Part shown: positions 1-10,582 of the stretch, piece after piece
How positions within the stretch are numbered: the stretch's first letter is position 1
How the letters are laid out: each line of letters opens with the position of its first letter
DNA from: Methanomicrobia archaeon
GTDB lineage: Archaea; Halobacteriota; Syntropharchaeia; Alkanophagales; Methanospirareceae
Assembly (NCBI GenBank): GCA_016930255.1
Contig: JAFGHB010000005.1
Span: 6,942-70,941, forward strand
DNA: 64,000 nucleotides
Reading direction: 5' to 3'
The notes under the pieces: model-generated
Database searches by the model: none
Told to the model about the DNA's origin: nothing
The model's input: the letters and a program-made list of their open reading frames with translations, nothing else
Translations under genes and position numbers: made by a program

Positions 1-10
1 CATACGTTCT

Positions 11-505
11 TTACCTCCTCTCTTCTTCTCCACTCAACTTACTCTTATAATCCTCCAGAGCCGCTCTGAGCGTGTTCGCGGCAAGTAGAGCGCAATGAAT
101 ATTATCCTCGGGCAACCCGCCCAAAACCGACAGAACGTCCTTGTCCTGTATCCTTGACGCTTCTTCTACTGTCTTTCCTTTCGCCAGTTCGGTAATGACA
201 CTGCCGCATGCTGTTGAAGCGCCGCAGCCGTCGGTGATGAATTTGCTAGCCACGATCGTATCCCCTTTTACTGCAAGGTGTATCTGCACAGTATCGCCGC
301 ACGGACCCGTTATGCTGGCCGCACCGTCGGGATTCTTCAACTCTCCCACGTTCTTCGGGTTGTAAGCCTCTTCAAGCGTCCTTTCCGTGTAAATCTCTCG
401 CTCTTCCTTCTGAATCGTCTCTTCCATACTCGCTACAAACTCGTCTAAACCTGAATAATCCTTTCTATCTACTTTTGACCGCTCTTTTTGCGTCCCTTTA
501 TCCAT
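11..505 (-). CDS. NifU/IscU-like Fe-S cluster scaffold protein
   Basis: NPKNVG, GPCGD, GCG and HCA conserved scaffold Cys motifs. Confidence 0.9.
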   Translation of the reverse strand: MDKGTQKERSKVDRKDYSGLDEFVASMEETIQKEEREIYTERTLEEAYNPKNVGELKNPDGAASITGPCGDTVQIHLAVKGDTIVASKFITDGCGASTACGSVITELAKGKTVEEASRIQDKDVLSVLGGLPEDNIHCALLAANTLRAALEDYKSKLSGEEERR

Positions 506-607
506 TTCTTGTATCCCAAATTATCTGATTATCAGTATGCCTGTATCACACAGTAGTGAATTCCATAAGGTATGAGCACGCTAAAAATAGGATAAGGAGG
601 AGCTGAT

Positions 608-937
608 TTACTTCTTCAGCTCTTCCAAGCGCTTCTTTATCTGCTCTAACTGGTCACCAAGCATCTGCGCCTGTGATTCGAGCATTGTGATCTCCTGCTC
701 CTTCGGCATTGCAGGCATGCCTATTGGCGCTGTCGCTGCTACTGCTACTGGTGCAACAGGCGTTTGCTGCTGCATCCAGGAAGCAAACTGCGGCATCTGG
801 CCTGTCTGCATAAGATACTGCGCACCTGGCGGCATTCCCGTTGGACTTCTATCTATCCAGCCGGGAGAGTAGCCAAACCGCATCCACCCAGGCAAACCAG
901 TTAGATAATACATGTTTCTCCTTCTATTTCCTCCCAT
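608..937 (-). CDS. DUF5320-like protein (Gly/Arg N-terminus, C-terminal coiled coil)
   Basis: RRNMYYLTGLPGWMRFG motif and LESQAQML..LEQIKKRLEEL coiled coil typical of this family. Confidence 0.7.
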   Translation of the reverse strand: MGGNRRRNMYYLTGLPGWMRFGYSPGWIDRSPTGMPPGAQYLMQTGQMPQFASWMQQQTPVAPVAVAATAPIGMPAMPKEQEITMLESQAQMLGDQLEQIKKRLEELKK

Positions 938-984
938 TTTTTCCTCTTCGCCTCCTAAACAGACTTTTTAACAAAACATTTCTC

Positions 985-1188
985 TCAGGGTCTCGCCATT
1001 TTAGACCCGCATTTGGGACAGGTTTGCTGGAAACAGGGCACGCCAACTTGATGAGGCATTGTATAGCCACACTGTGGGCATCGGCAATCTCCGCCAGGGC
1101 CCAAACCACTGCCACCCATTCGTCCTCGACCCTGACCACCTCGTCCCACTCCTTGACCTCGTCCTCCACCACGGCCCATGCCACTCAT
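985..1188 (-). CDS. small Gly-rich zinc-ribbon protein
   Basis: GRG repeats followed by CRCPQCG...PC...CPKCG; ATG at 1188 directly follows the upstream stop. Confidence 0.75.
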   Translation of the reverse strand: MSGMGRGGGRGQGVGRGGQGRGRMGGSGLGPGGDCRCPQCGYTMPHQVGVPCFQQTCPKCGSKMARP

Positions 1189-1189
1189 C

Positions 1190-1393
1190 TTATCGTAGCC
1201 ACCTCCCGTAGGAATAGCCATAATGTGGTACGGGGTACGTTGAAGGAGCTAGTGGCCCATACATGCCAGTCCACCACCCACTGGGAAGCCATGGGAAGTT
1301 CCGGCAGAATGGATAGGGGTTTCCCATGCCCCTTCCAGGTCCTGACCCAAACCAAAATCCTCTCCCAAATCCCATTCCTCTTCCTCTCGGCAT
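1190..1393 (-). CDS. small Gly-rich DUF5320-like protein
   Basis: MPRGRGMGFGRG...GNPYPFCRNFPWLP..WW; operon context. Confidence 0.6.
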   Translation of the reverse strand: MPRGRGMGFGRGFWFGSGPGRGMGNPYPFCRNFPWLPSGWWTGMYGPLAPSTYPVPHYGYSYGRWLR

Positions 1394-1398
1394 TTTTA

Positions 1399-1989
1399 TC
1401 ACTCCTTTTTCAGTTCCTTTATCCGCTTCTTCACTTCTTCCAAACTCTTCTCCAAAGACTCAACCACCGCTGATAGCTGCTCGACGTCATCTTCTTTTGC
1501 TTTCGGCTCGACGGGCATTTGCTGCGGTTGCTGTGGTGGCATTGGTTGCTGCATGCCAAGTCCCATACCTCGGCCCATGCCTCTGCCGCCGCCTCGGCCT
1601 CCACCCATGCCTAGGCCCATCCCTGCGCCCATACCCGCATGAGCGGCAACCGTCGAAGTTCCCGTCTCACTGAGCTTACCGCTTTTATACATCTCAACCG
1701 CTTCTTTTACCGTGCCGTAAGCGCCCGTTGCGATTTTCACGCCTGCAGTCGAAAGCACCTGAAACGCATTGGGACCCATGTTACCTGAAATGACCACGTC
1801 CACGCCTTTATTCACCATTGCTTGCGCCGCTTGAATCCCCGCGCCTCCCGGTGCGTTCATGGCTTCGTTTGGCAGTGCTTCGAACGCCATCGTGTCAGCA
1901 TCAACGATAACGAAATATTGACTCCTTCCAAATCGCGGGTCTACCTGTGCATTCAAATCACCCGCTGTCGCTGTTACACAAATCTTCAT
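1399..1989 (-). CDS. NifB/NifX family Fe-Mo cofactor-binding domain protein with Gly-rich and coiled-coil tail
   Basis: VDPRFGRSQYF, GGAGIQAAQ, GNMGPNA motifs. Confidence 0.9.
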   Translation of the reverse strand: MKICVTATAGDLNAQVDPRFGRSQYFVIVDADTMAFEALPNEAMNAPGGAGIQAAQAMVNKGVDVVISGNMGPNAFQVLSTAGVKIATGAYGTVKEAVEMYKSGKLSETGTSTVAAHAGMGAGMGLGMGGGRGGGRGMGRGMGLGMQQPMPPQQPQQMPVEPKAKEDDVEQLSAVVESLEKSLEEVKKRIKELKKE

Positions 1990-2006
1990 CTCTTTTCCCT
2001 CCTAAG

Positions 2007-2020
2007 TGAATATATATTCA
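2007..2020. promoter_or_regulatory. palindromic operator TGAATATATATTCA upstream of the NifX-like gene
   Basis: perfect 14-bp palindrome; near-identical copy at 3354-3367. Confidence 0.55.
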
Positions 2021-2035
2021 TATTGGTATATAAAG

Positions 2036-2896
2036 TTATTCCTTTGCTTTTTTACCCTCCACAAACGCTCGCACGTTCTTCACGATCTCTTCAAATGCCT
2101 TACTCACTTGCGACCCCGTGTGTAGCACAAAGGGCGTTCCATTGTCCGCAGCTTCGACCATCTCGGGATCAAGTGGCACCCTGCCGAGGAACGGCACACC
2201 TAATTCCTCCGCCGCACGCTCGCCTCCGCCGTACTTGAAGATGTTTACCTCTTTGCCACAGTGCGGACAGGTAAAACCACTCATATTCTCTATTACGCCT
2301 ATGACGGGCACTTTCAAGATCTCTGAGAAGTTCACTGCCTTCCGCGAGTCAAGCAATGCCAGATCCTGCGGTGTTGTGACGATGATCGCGCCGTCCACCT
2401 TCTTCATCAGTTGCACAACGCTGAGCGGCTCGTCTCCTGTCCCTGGCGGAAGATCCACAATCATATAATCCAGCTCACCCCACTCCACACCGGACAGAAA
2501 TTGTCGTATCGCATTCATCTTCATCGGGCCACGCCAGATAACCGAAGAGTTTTTACTCGGAAGTAAAAACGCGATGGAAATCGCTTTCAGTCGCGGTGTG
2601 ACGGGAACCGGATAGATTTTATCTTCGTGTACTTCCGGCCGCTTCTCCTCGATTCCCAAGATCTTCGGCACATTCGGCCCGTGTATGTCCGCATCCATCA
2701 ACCCTACATCTAAACCCTGCATACCAAGAGCGAACGCGAGATTCGCGGCTACTGTCGTCTTTCCTACGCCGCCCTTGCCGCTCATCACCATTATCTTATA
2801 CTTTACCTTTGCCATTCGTGACTCTACCGTCCCTTCTTGCTCTTTTCCCTTCTCTTCGCCTTTATTTTCCTCTACTATTCCCTTTTCCGTGCTCAT
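2036..2896 (-). CDS. mrp: Mrp/NBP35 (ApbC) Fe-S cluster carrier ATPase
   Basis: [36 protein letters not shown]. Confidence 0.95.
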   Translation of the reverse strand: MSTEKGIVEENKGEEKGKEQEGTVESRMAKVKYKIMVMSGKGGVGKTTVAANLAFALGMQGLDVGLMDADIHGPNVPKILGIEEKRPEVHEDKIYPVPVTPRLKAISIAFLLPSKNSSVIWRGPMKMNAIRQFLSGVEWGELDYMIVDLPPGTGDEPLSVVQLMKKVDGAIIVTTPQDLALLDSRKAVNFSEILKVPVIGVIENMSGFTCPHCGKEVNIFKYGGGERAAEELGVPFLGRVPLDPEMVEAADNGTPFVLHTGSQVSKAFEEIVKNVRAFVEGKKAKE

Positions 2897-2934
2897 AGTT
2901 CATTTATCCCCCTCAGAAAGTCTTAAAATATCAA

Positions 2935-3339
2935 TTAAAGCATTCCTCCTCGTCTGCACCATCTTCCTCTTCCATAACCAACCGGTACCGTAGGAGAAGG
3001 CTTTTGAACGTCATCAGCCTTGGTCAGTATGTAATTACCGCCCTCTATTCGAATAGCTTTACCTTCGACGAAGGCTTCGGCTATCTTCCGATGCGCTTCG
3101 CTTACTATCCGGTGGAACGTCGGTTGCGAAACACCCATTCGTTCTGCTGCTTCCTCTTGGCTCAGCCGAAGATGATCTTTCAGTCTTATACTCTCCAGCT
3201 CCTCCACCTTCAATACGCTCTCCTCTAGCTCTGAGTCTTGTCCTCCGTCTCCATCTCCACCACGCGGCTCGAACCGCGGCTCAAAGTAGAGGAATAGCGG
3301 CTCAAAGCCCACGCATCGGCATCGTCTTCTCCCTGGCAT
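2935..3339 (-). CDS. DUF134 family predicted DNA-binding protein
   Basis: EELESIRLKD..LSQEEAAERMGVSQPTFHRI HTH, IEGG motif. Confidence 0.9.
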   Translation of the reverse strand: MPGRRRCRCVGFEPLFLYFEPRFEPRGGDGDGGQDSELEESVLKVEELESIRLKDHLRLSQEEAAERMGVSQPTFHRIVSEAHRKIAEAFVEGKAIRIEGGNYILTKADDVQKPSPTVPVGYGRGRWCRRGGML

Positions 3340-3353
3340 GGTACTATAATAGC

Positions 3354-3367
3354 TGAATATATATTCT
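3354..3367. promoter_or_regulatory. second copy of palindromic operator (TGAATATATATTCT) upstream of the DUF134 gene
   Basis: 13/14 match to 2007-2020. Confidence 0.55.
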
Positions 3368-3568
3368 TATTTACTTACTCTTAAAGTTTCTCGACCTTCC
3401 GTCTGCACTCCATCGCCAAGGGTTGAGGTTGCTCTGAAGTGATAATGGTAAGAGGGCGATACTGCAGCAAACGGCATGCTGTTCTCCCCGTGTACCGCAC
3501 TGATCAGAAGCTTTTATGGGAGACCGTGTAATTAATAATAGAGCACGCACGTAGTCAGGAGTAGAATC

Positions 3569-4039
3569 ATGCCACGAAAAGACGAGTTAAAGAATAAGGA
3601 GATCGAATGCCCGAAATGCTGGGTCACGATGCGCCAGGAGGAAGTCGAGGTCTTCGGTCCGAACATCATCATCGACCGCTGTCCCGAGTGTGGCGGAATC
3701 TGGTTGGATCACGGTGAATTGAACAAGCTGTTAAAAGACAGGAAACTCTCGAATTATCTGACCAAGCACATTGGTACTCAGAGCAAGAGCAAACTGGTAT
3801 GTCCCCGATGCGGGTGGTTGATGGACATCGAGACCGCAGAAGACGTAGAAGTCGATGTTTGTTTGAAATGCGGCGGGGTCTGGCTCGATGCGGGTGAGCT
3901 GGAGAAGTTGCGGGAGATCTCGGATGCCGGCTTTGAAGGTGATGAACTCGCGAAGGCAGAAGAGCGGTGGGAAGAGCTGAGACAAAAGGATCGTGAATCG
4001 GTGCTTCTAGGACTCTTCAGTCGATTATCGCGACGGTGA
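3569..4039 (+). CDS. tandem zf-TFIIB-like zinc finger protein
   Basis: two CPxC...D.C..CGG.WLD.GEL units. Confidence 0.85.
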   Translation: MPRKDELKNKEIECPKCWVTMRQEEVEVFGPNIIIDRCPECGGIWLDHGELNKLLKDRKLSNYLTKHIGTQSKSKLVCPRCGWLMDIETAEDVEVDVCLKCGGVWLDAGELEKLREISDAGFEGDELAKAEERWEELRQKDRESVLLGLFSRLSRR

Positions 4040-4054
4040 GGTGAATAGAGGTCA

Positions 4055-4798
4055 CTACTCCTTTAACTCCTCGTCCTTCAACCGTTCCACAATCTCCTTT
4101 ATAACCGCCTTTAAATTCTGTATATTATCGTAATCCTCTGCTGATTCTACCGTGCCAGCGCCAGCCTTAACTATCGAAATCAGGTTGTCCAGAGCGCGTT
4201 CTATATCGTCCACAATGCTTACGGTCGCATGCCGAGACGTTCTCGATACCGGATTCAAATCGATGGTCACTACCTTCTTACCCATCGCGATTAAGGCTTC
4301 GCACCGATCACCGTCTTCTAACGGCGTCAGAACTGCGTCCGCATCGTAAATACCATCAGCGTCGACGCGTGCTCGTGCGTGCTCTATGCCAGGTATTCTC
4401 GCATCTGCTTTCACACCCAGCACGTTCGTAGCGCCGTGCCGCTCTAGGTGCTCCTTTATCTTCCGCACGCGCTCCTCAGTCCAGTAAAAGATGTTGACCT
4501 CCAGCGGCGCGTTCAGCAACTCGCTCAGCTCGATCACCTGTTCAGGCACCAGCGCCGCGACGTTGCCATTCACGGAGATTACAGGCTTCTTTGCTCGGAG
4601 CAGTAAAGCAGCGGCTGCTTCCGTCGCCCGCATCACAGACGGTAACGTTCGTTCACCGAGCAGATAATCGAACGCTTCGCCACGACCGTGCGCGATCAAG
4701 CCTTGCCTGCTGGTTATACCTGCCTCTATACCTTCAACGATCCTTTCACGCTTCACTAACGATTTGTACCGGGGATGTGACTCTGGAACTCGAAACAT
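4055..4798 (-). CDS. pps: archaeal phosphopantothenate synthetase (4-phosphopantoate-beta-alanine ligase)
   Basis: HPRYKSL, GLIAHGRGEAFDYLLGE, PLEDGDR, IDLNP.SRT. Confidence 0.93.
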   Translation of the reverse strand: MFRVPESHPRYKSLVKRERIVEGIEAGITSRQGLIAHGRGEAFDYLLGERTLPSVMRATEAAAALLLRAKKPVISVNGNVAALVPEQVIELSELLNAPLEVNIFYWTEERVRKIKEHLERHGATNVLGVKADARIPGIEHARARVDADGIYDADAVLTPLEDGDRCEALIAMGKKVVTIDLNPVSRTSRHATVSIVDDIERALDNLISIVKAGAGTVESAEDYDNIQNLKAVIKEIVERLKDEELKE

Positions 4799-4829
4799 AA
4801 GCTTTAAACAACACCACTAAACTGGCTGA

Positions 4830-5165
4830 TTATATCCGTTTAATGGTAATTTCACGCTTCTTCGGCGTTATCTGCTTCAGAATCTCTTTAAATTGCGCAT
4901 CGGTGATCATGCTCTTTAATCGCCCCGTCTGCGCTAATGCAATGAGCTGATTCTCCAACAGCTCGGCCAGTTCAGGCTTTGCCATGCGAATGGTATTCAA
5001 CCGCTCTCGTGCCTCGGAAGTGAGAATTTGCCGGATGATGTTCTTCTTTGCCTCTTCGAGCTCCTGGCGCTTCTGCTCCTCCGCTGCAGCCCCTGCGTGC
5101 TCCTGTTGCAATTGCTCAAGCTTGCGCCTCCGTAACGCTTCTAACTCCGCTTCATCACCGGCCAT
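4830..5165 (-). CDS. PDCD5-like DNA-binding protein
   Basis: ILTSEARERLNTIRMAKPE; conserved position next to S19e. Confidence 0.92.
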   Translation of the reverse strand: MAGDEAELEALRRRKLEQLQQEHAGAAAEEQKRQELEEAKKNIIRQILTSEARERLNTIRMAKPELAELLENQLIALAQTGRLKSMITDAQFKEILKQITPKKREITIKRI

Positions 5166-5184
5166 CTTTCATACGCTCCCTTAC

Positions 5185-5622
5185 TTAATCTTCCTTCGGT
5201 TCAGCGTGCATAAGCTTCAGCTCGTGCGCAGTGTTGTCAAGGAACTTCTGGCCCTTCGGCGAGATCTTCCGACCTCTCTTCGTCTTCGTTACGTACTCCG
5301 CTCGTTCTAACTGCATAAGCACTTCGCGAATTATCTTACCCGACGCTTCTCGGAACCGCTCCTTCTTCGTACCCCTTCGCACTCTTCCACCGTAATAGGT
5401 GCGCAGCCTTGCCACTCCGACCGGCCCGTGGAGATAGATCTGCCGGAGCACGGACGCGCATCGCACCCACCACCAGTCTTCATTCTCTGGCGGTAACTCT
5501 TTATGCGCGCCTTTCTTGACATCCAAGCCCCACTTAGGCAGAGAAATCGCTTTATTCTTTTTCAACTTCTCCCCGGCCATCTTTACCAGTTTATCCGGTG
5601 GCACATCGTATACTGTCGTCAT
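5185..5622 (-). CDS. rps19e: 30S ribosomal protein S19e
   Basis: MTTVYDVP, KELPP..DWWW.R.AS, GPVGV.RLR..YGG. Confidence 0.95.
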   Translation of the reverse strand: MTTVYDVPPDKLVKMAGEKLKKNKAISLPKWGLDVKKGAHKELPPENEDWWWVRCASVLRQIYLHGPVGVARLRTYYGGRVRRGTKKERFREASGKIIREVLMQLERAEYVTKTKRGRKISPKGQKFLDNTAHELKLMHAEPKED

Positions 5623-5706
5623 TTTATTTATCCATTTATATGCCACCAAGACATAAAAGTTTATGTACTAAAAGTAGTGGGTATTTGGTGAATGGAGAGC
5701 GCGTAA

Positions 5707-7179
5707 ATGGAGGTAAAAATCGGTTTAGAATGTCATGCACAACTTCTCACGAAGTCGAAATTATTCTGCCCTTGCTCTACCGATTATCATAACGCCGAGC
5801 CGAATACGCACGTCTGTGCCACCTGTTTGGGCTTACCCGGTGCGCTACCCGTGGTTAACCGGCGTGCAGTACGCTACGGCATAAAAATCGCGCTCGCTTT
5901 AGGCTGCTCCGTGCAGTCCGACATCATCTTCTACCGGAAGAATTATTACTATCCTGACCTCCCACGCGGGTTCCAGATTACGCAGTATGATTTCCCCATT
6001 GCGTTTGGTGGCCTGGTGCGCATAGAGAGCGAAGACAGTGATGGCAACGGCGGAAAAGAGCGCGAGATCCGAATCACGCGAGTGCACATGGAGGAAGACC
6101 CCGGCAGGCTGGTGTACAAGGGAACGATCGATACGGCGAGCTACGCGCTCGTTGATTATAATCGGTCAGGAATGCCGCTGGTGGAGATCGTTACGGAGCC
6201 CGATCTCAGGTCGCCGAAGGAGGCTCGCATATACCTGAACAAGCTGCGGAGTATTCTGGAGTACCTGGACGTATTTGACGGCGATTTAGAAGGTGCGATG
6301 CGTGTGGACGCGAACATCTCGATCGAGGGCGGCGAACGTGCGGAAATAAAGAACATCTCGTCGTTTAAAGGCGTGGAGCGCGCTCTGCTCTTCGAGATAA
6401 CGCGGCAGAAGAATATGCTGCGACGCGGGCTCACCGTACAGCAGGAGACGCGGCATTACGATGAAGTGCGCGGCATCACGCTTTCGATGCGCACGAAGGA
6501 GTTCGAGCACGACTACCGCTATTTCCCGGAGCCCGACCTCGTGCCGATTCGCATTGCGCCCTATGTCGATGGAGTGCGGCAGGAGATCCCGGAACTACCG
6601 GACGAAAAGAAGCTGCGGTTCGCACAGCACTATGGCATAACGCGAGAGCATGCGAATTCGCTCACCTACGATCTCCATACCGCGGACTTTTTTGAAGCGG
6701 TAGCGGCGAAGATCGATCCGAAACTGAGTGCGACCTGGATTGCGGACGTTTTGAAAGGTGAGTTGAATTATCGCTCCCTGTCCATGAAGGATGCATTGGC
6801 AATGATCTCACCCTACAATTTTGTCGCTATTTTAACCTATTTGAAAACGGGCATGATCACCGAACGGGGCGCGACGGAGATCATTCGGGAGACGCTCGAT
6901 CACGGCGGTACGCCCAAGGAGATTATAGCGCGGAAAGGGCTGGGCAGTATCGGGCTGGACGCGATTGAAACGGCGATTGAAGCAGTGCTTAAGGAGCATG
7001 CAAGTGCCGTTCAGGATTACCGAGCGGGCAAAAAAGAAGTATTGAATTTCCTCGTCGGGCAGGTGATGAAGCAGACCCGAGGTAGATCGGAACCAAAAAT
7101 AGTTCGTAATATGCTGATAGAGGCGTTATATAAGAAGGTAATAGACGATGCGACTAAGAGGTATTATGAACCTTTTTGA
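5707..7179 (+). CDS. gatB: Asp-tRNA(Asn)/Glu-tRNA(Gln) amidotransferase subunit B
   Basis: IGLECHAQL, RKNYYYPDLP, HMEEDPG, DYNRSGMPLVEIVTEPD, YRYFPEPDL. Confidence 0.97.
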   Translation: MEVKIGLECHAQLLTKSKLFCPCSTDYHNAEPNTHVCATCLGLPGALPVVNRRAVRYGIKIALALGCSVQSDIIFYRKNYYYPDLPRGFQITQYDFPIAFGGLVRIESEDSDGNGGKEREIRITRVHMEEDPGRLVYKGTIDTASYALVDYNRSGMPLVEIVTEPDLRSPKEARIYLNKLRSILEYLDVFDGDLEGAMRVDANISIEGGERAEIKNISSFKGVERALLFEITRQKNMLRRGLTVQQETRHYDEVRGITLSMRTKEFEHDYRYFPEPDLVPIRIAPYVDGVRQEIPELPDEKKLRFAQHYGITREHANSLTYDLHTADFFEAVAAKIDPKLSATWIADVLKGELNYRSLSMKDALAMISPYNFVAILTYLKTGMITERGATEIIRETLDHGGTPKEIIARKGLGSIGLDAIETAIEAVLKEHASAVQDYRAGKKEVLNFLVGQVMKQTRGRSEPKIVRNMLIEALYKKVIDDATKRYYEPF

Positions 7180-8162
7180 ACACGAAATCCAGCTTCATCC
7201 GCATACCGCTCGATCAGCGGCTTTAATCGGTCGCTGTACCAGCCCTTCTGGATATATTGTGGATAAATCGGCAGCCGCTCCCGTAACTCAAACGGTGCGA
7301 TTTTATGTCTGAGTTCTTCCTCTCGGGGCCAAGGCGCTTCTGGATTGATGTAATCAATCGTCCGTTCCGAGATGCCGCCGAGGTCCGATGCACCCAGCTC
7401 GATCAATTCTTTCGGTGAGGTTAAGTTCGGCGGCACCTGAATCGCAATATCATCGGGCAATAGTGAGCGCGCTGCACGCACCGTCTCTTTTATCACCTCA
7501 AACGACGGTGAGGGTGTCTCCCACATCGCCGTTCTCGGCTTCGGTAAGAACGGCTGGATAATAACTTCCTGGATATGCCCGTACTGCTTGTGTACCGATG
7601 CAATAGCTTCTAACGAGCGGATACGATCTTCGTTGCTCTCGCCGATCCCGATTAAAATGCCAGTGGTGAACGGTATTTTTAGTTTGCCAGCCTCTTCGAT
7701 CATCTGTAAACGCAATGCGGAGTCTTTACCTGGCGAGTTCCTGTGCGCCTCCAACTCTGCAGTGGTTTCGAGCATCAGGCCCATCGAGGCGTTCACGTCT
7801 TTTAATTCAAGGAGCTCTTCCCGGCTCAACACGCCCAAATTGCAGTGTGGCAGTAACCCGTGCTGTATCGCGAGTTCACAGAGATGCTTCGTGTATGCAA
7901 CGAGCGATGAAAAACCCTCTCTGGTAACGCGGTCGTTAAAGAACGAGGAAAGAGCTGCGTCTTCGGGATTCTCACCCCCGGAGAAAAGAGCCTCGGTCGC
8001 CGCGCCTTTGTTCAGCACAACGGTTACAAAGTCAGATACCGTGGTGACGTACGCATCGTTGCGGCTGCGCGCTCGAAAAACACAGTAGTCGCAGGCGTTT
8101 CTGCAGACGTTCGTCACCGGTATGAAAATGTTCTTCGAGAAGGTTACGTACTTGCGAGTCAT
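7164..8162 (-). CDS. cofG: FO synthase subunit CofG (F420 biosynthesis)
   Basis: TFSKNIFIP.T..CRNACDYC radical SAM motif, SMGLMLE, QVPPNL, D.INPE.PWP, ERLPIYP. Confidence 0.93.
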   Translation of the reverse strand: MTRKYVTFSKNIFIPVTNVCRNACDYCVFRARSRNDAYVTTVSDFVTVVLNKGAATEALFSGGENPEDAALSSFFNDRVTREGFSSLVAYTKHLCELAIQHGLLPHCNLGVLSREELLELKDVNASMGLMLETTAELEAHRNSPGKDSALRLQMIEEAGKLKIPFTTGILIGIGESNEDRIRSLEAIASVHKQYGHIQEVIIQPFLPKPRTAMWETPSPSFEVIKETVRAARSLLPDDIAIQVPPNLTSPKELIELGASDLGGISERTIDYINPEAPWPREEELRHKIAPFELRERLPIYPQYIQKGWYSDRLKPLIERYADEAGFRVQKGS

Positions 8163-8241
8163 CGTCTCTCGTAGAGTGCCTCGTTAACTATAAATAAACT
8201 CAGCAAATAAACTAACATAAGTAGAGTAAGGTGGATGAGAG

Positions 8242-9102
8242 ATGAAAATAATACCCGGAGTAACCACGCAGGTTTTGGCTGCGCGCATTGCGGCGGAACT
8301 GGGCGGAAACGCCTCATTATGCGAGTTCAAGAAGTTCCCCGACGGGGAGTTGTATACGCGTGTGGTGGACGAGATAAAAGACGAGGAAGTAACGATTGTG
8401 CAGAGCCTCATGGCAGATTACGGCTTGATCTCCCTGTTGCAATTGATCGACGCCGTAGAAGAGGCACATAAAACGACCGTGGTCATTCCCTATTTGGGCT
8501 ATGCACGGCAGGATAAGCGATTTAAACCCGGTGAAGCGATTAGCTCACGGGCAATCGCACGCGGCATCAGCTTTGCCGGCATCGTTGATAAGATCTACGT
8601 GGTGAACGTGCATAATCGGGCGGTGTTGCAGTATTTCGATGTCGATGCGAAGGAGCTCGATGCCGCCCCGTTAATTGGCGATTACATCGCGAGGAAGAAG
8701 ATCGTAAAGCCCGTGATCATCGGACCTGACGAGGGTGCACGCGAGTTAGCAAAGGCAGTTGCTGCGCCGCACGGCTTCGAGTATGACGTGCTGGAGAAGA
8801 AACGGATTAGCGGCGAGGAAGTGCAGATAAAGCCAAAAGAGTTGAGCGTGGAAGGCAAGAACGTGGTCATTGTGGACGACATCATCTCCACGGGCGGCAC
8901 AATCGCAGAAGCGGCGGCTATGCTCAAAGCACGAGATGCCAACGATATTTACGTCGCGTGCATTCACGGCCTGTTCGCGCAAAATGCCACCCTCCGCATA
9001 CTCAATGCGGGTGTCAAGAGCATCATCGCAACCGACACCATACAATCCATCTTCAGCGAGATAAGCGTCGCGAAGATGATCGCCGACGAATTAGCCAAGT
9101 GA
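8242..9102 (+). CDS. prs: ribose-phosphate pyrophosphokinase
   Basis: FPDGE, PYLGYARQDKRF, VDDIISTGGT. Confidence 0.95.
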   Translation: MKIIPGVTTQVLAARIAAELGGNASLCEFKKFPDGELYTRVVDEIKDEEVTIVQSLMADYGLISLLQLIDAVEEAHKTTVVIPYLGYARQDKRFKPGEAISSRAIARGISFAGIVDKIYVVNVHNRAVLQYFDVDAKELDAAPLIGDYIARKKIVKPVIIGPDEGARELAKAVAAPHGFEYDVLEKKRISGEEVQIKPKELSVEGKNVVIVDDIISTGGTIAEAAAMLKARDANDIYVACIHGLFAQNATLRILNAGVKSIIATDTIQSIFSEISVAKMIADELAK

Positions 9103-10582
9103 ACGTCGTACCGATCGTAGAGGCTTGGGATAGCTCCTAAAGGCATCCGCAACGCGGTCTTCGTAAGTTCCGTAAACAAATACCCACAGCCAGGATAAGA
9201 TACCCTGCACCTACCGCACCAACTGTGCCCAGAATATTTCCGATCACCAGCAAAGCGCCTAAGATAGCACTACTCAGCATCGCAATCTTTAGCGTGTATC
9301 TATCCACCGCTCTCTTTATCGCTTTTTCACTCCTTCTATAGCTGCGAATTGAACGACCAGAATTGCGAATTAATCGTCTTATGTCTCGCATTTCTGTGCC
9401 CGGTGTTAATTTCACCCAGATAAAAGCGGAGATCATTGAACCAATCACCACAATCAATAGGCCTATTACTATCCTTGCTGCAATTTGCCAATACGCAACG
9501 TTCGGATACGTGCTGTACACTAAAGGTGGATACCAGTCCCACGAGCTGTAAATGGGATCGAGATAATACATCAAGCCGGAAACCGGGATGTTTCCGTCAT
9601 ATGTTCCAAGAACAGTAATTCCGTGAGAATAAAGTAGTCTTCCAAGACTTTGTATAACTCCTGGCAGTATTCGCCCTAAATTCAAAAATACGAGTGGGAC
9701 AGCAATTGCGTAAGTGAAGTGCACAAACGTAACTGGGATTCGGATTTTGCATCGGTAACCTGCCCTTTTCGATCGGTTTTGTATTTTCAGTTCTATACGG
9801 GCACTCATCAAATAAATGAGGCTGAAGAACACCGCGATGGTGGTAATAAGCGCTATTAGGTGATGCTGGAAAAGGATCACCATGTCGTTCTCCGCTATCC
9901 CCTGTGCTATTCCTTGCCCTTGACCTATAAGTTCAATCCCGCGGGGAATGCCACCAATTGCCCAACCGCTTTGGTCATGCACCCCATTAAAGAGCCCTGT
10001 AATTAGTTGTTCCGAAACGCCCGCAACGATGAAAAGACCCACACCTGATCCGATTCCCCATCGCGATACCACTTCTTCCATGTAATAGATGAGCATCCCT
10101 CCGACAAAAACCTGAAGGAAGAGCAAGAATGAGATGAAACGCAAAGATACTCCGATTAAGTCTGCAATATCCTGATTGGGCAGGTAAAAACCCCTCGTGT
10201 AGGTGAAACTTGCAAAAACAACAAAGCAGAGAACGAGCAGTTTCTGAAGGTTCACATAAAACGCCTGGTCCTTGGGATTGGTTAAGTCAAGTTTCAGCAA
10301 TTTTGGACCTGCTACGATCTGTAACATAATCGAAGCATGTATAATCGGCATAACCCCAAGAGCAGCTAGCTAGAACCGCTGATCTGCAAAGAGCGCTCGC
10401 CATCTGCAGAAAAGGTCGAGCGACTCGGGAGCTAGCCCGAAGAAAGGGATGTTACCTAAGGCGAAATAAAGAATGAGTATAGCGAAGGTAAATATGAGTT
10501 TTGTCTTGAGCGGAACATGCCCTGTAGGGCGTTCAACCATCGGGATCTTACGTAAAAAAGGTGTTAAAACTTCCCTCAGTCT
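9091..10582 (-). pseudogene. secY: degenerate tandem secY paralog
   Basis: SecY homology over the full length, including upstream of the 404-aa ORF. In-frame TAG at 10370-10372, no in-frame start right after the GGAGGTG RBS, and a frameshift near 9178-9180. Confidence 0.8.

Noticed and set aside
3395..3425. GGCGATGGAGT on the minus strand resembling the start of a fluoride riboswitch
   Set aside because: The pairing TCGCC and the downstream AATGA/CTCC pseudoknot elements are absent, and there is no crcB-type gene.
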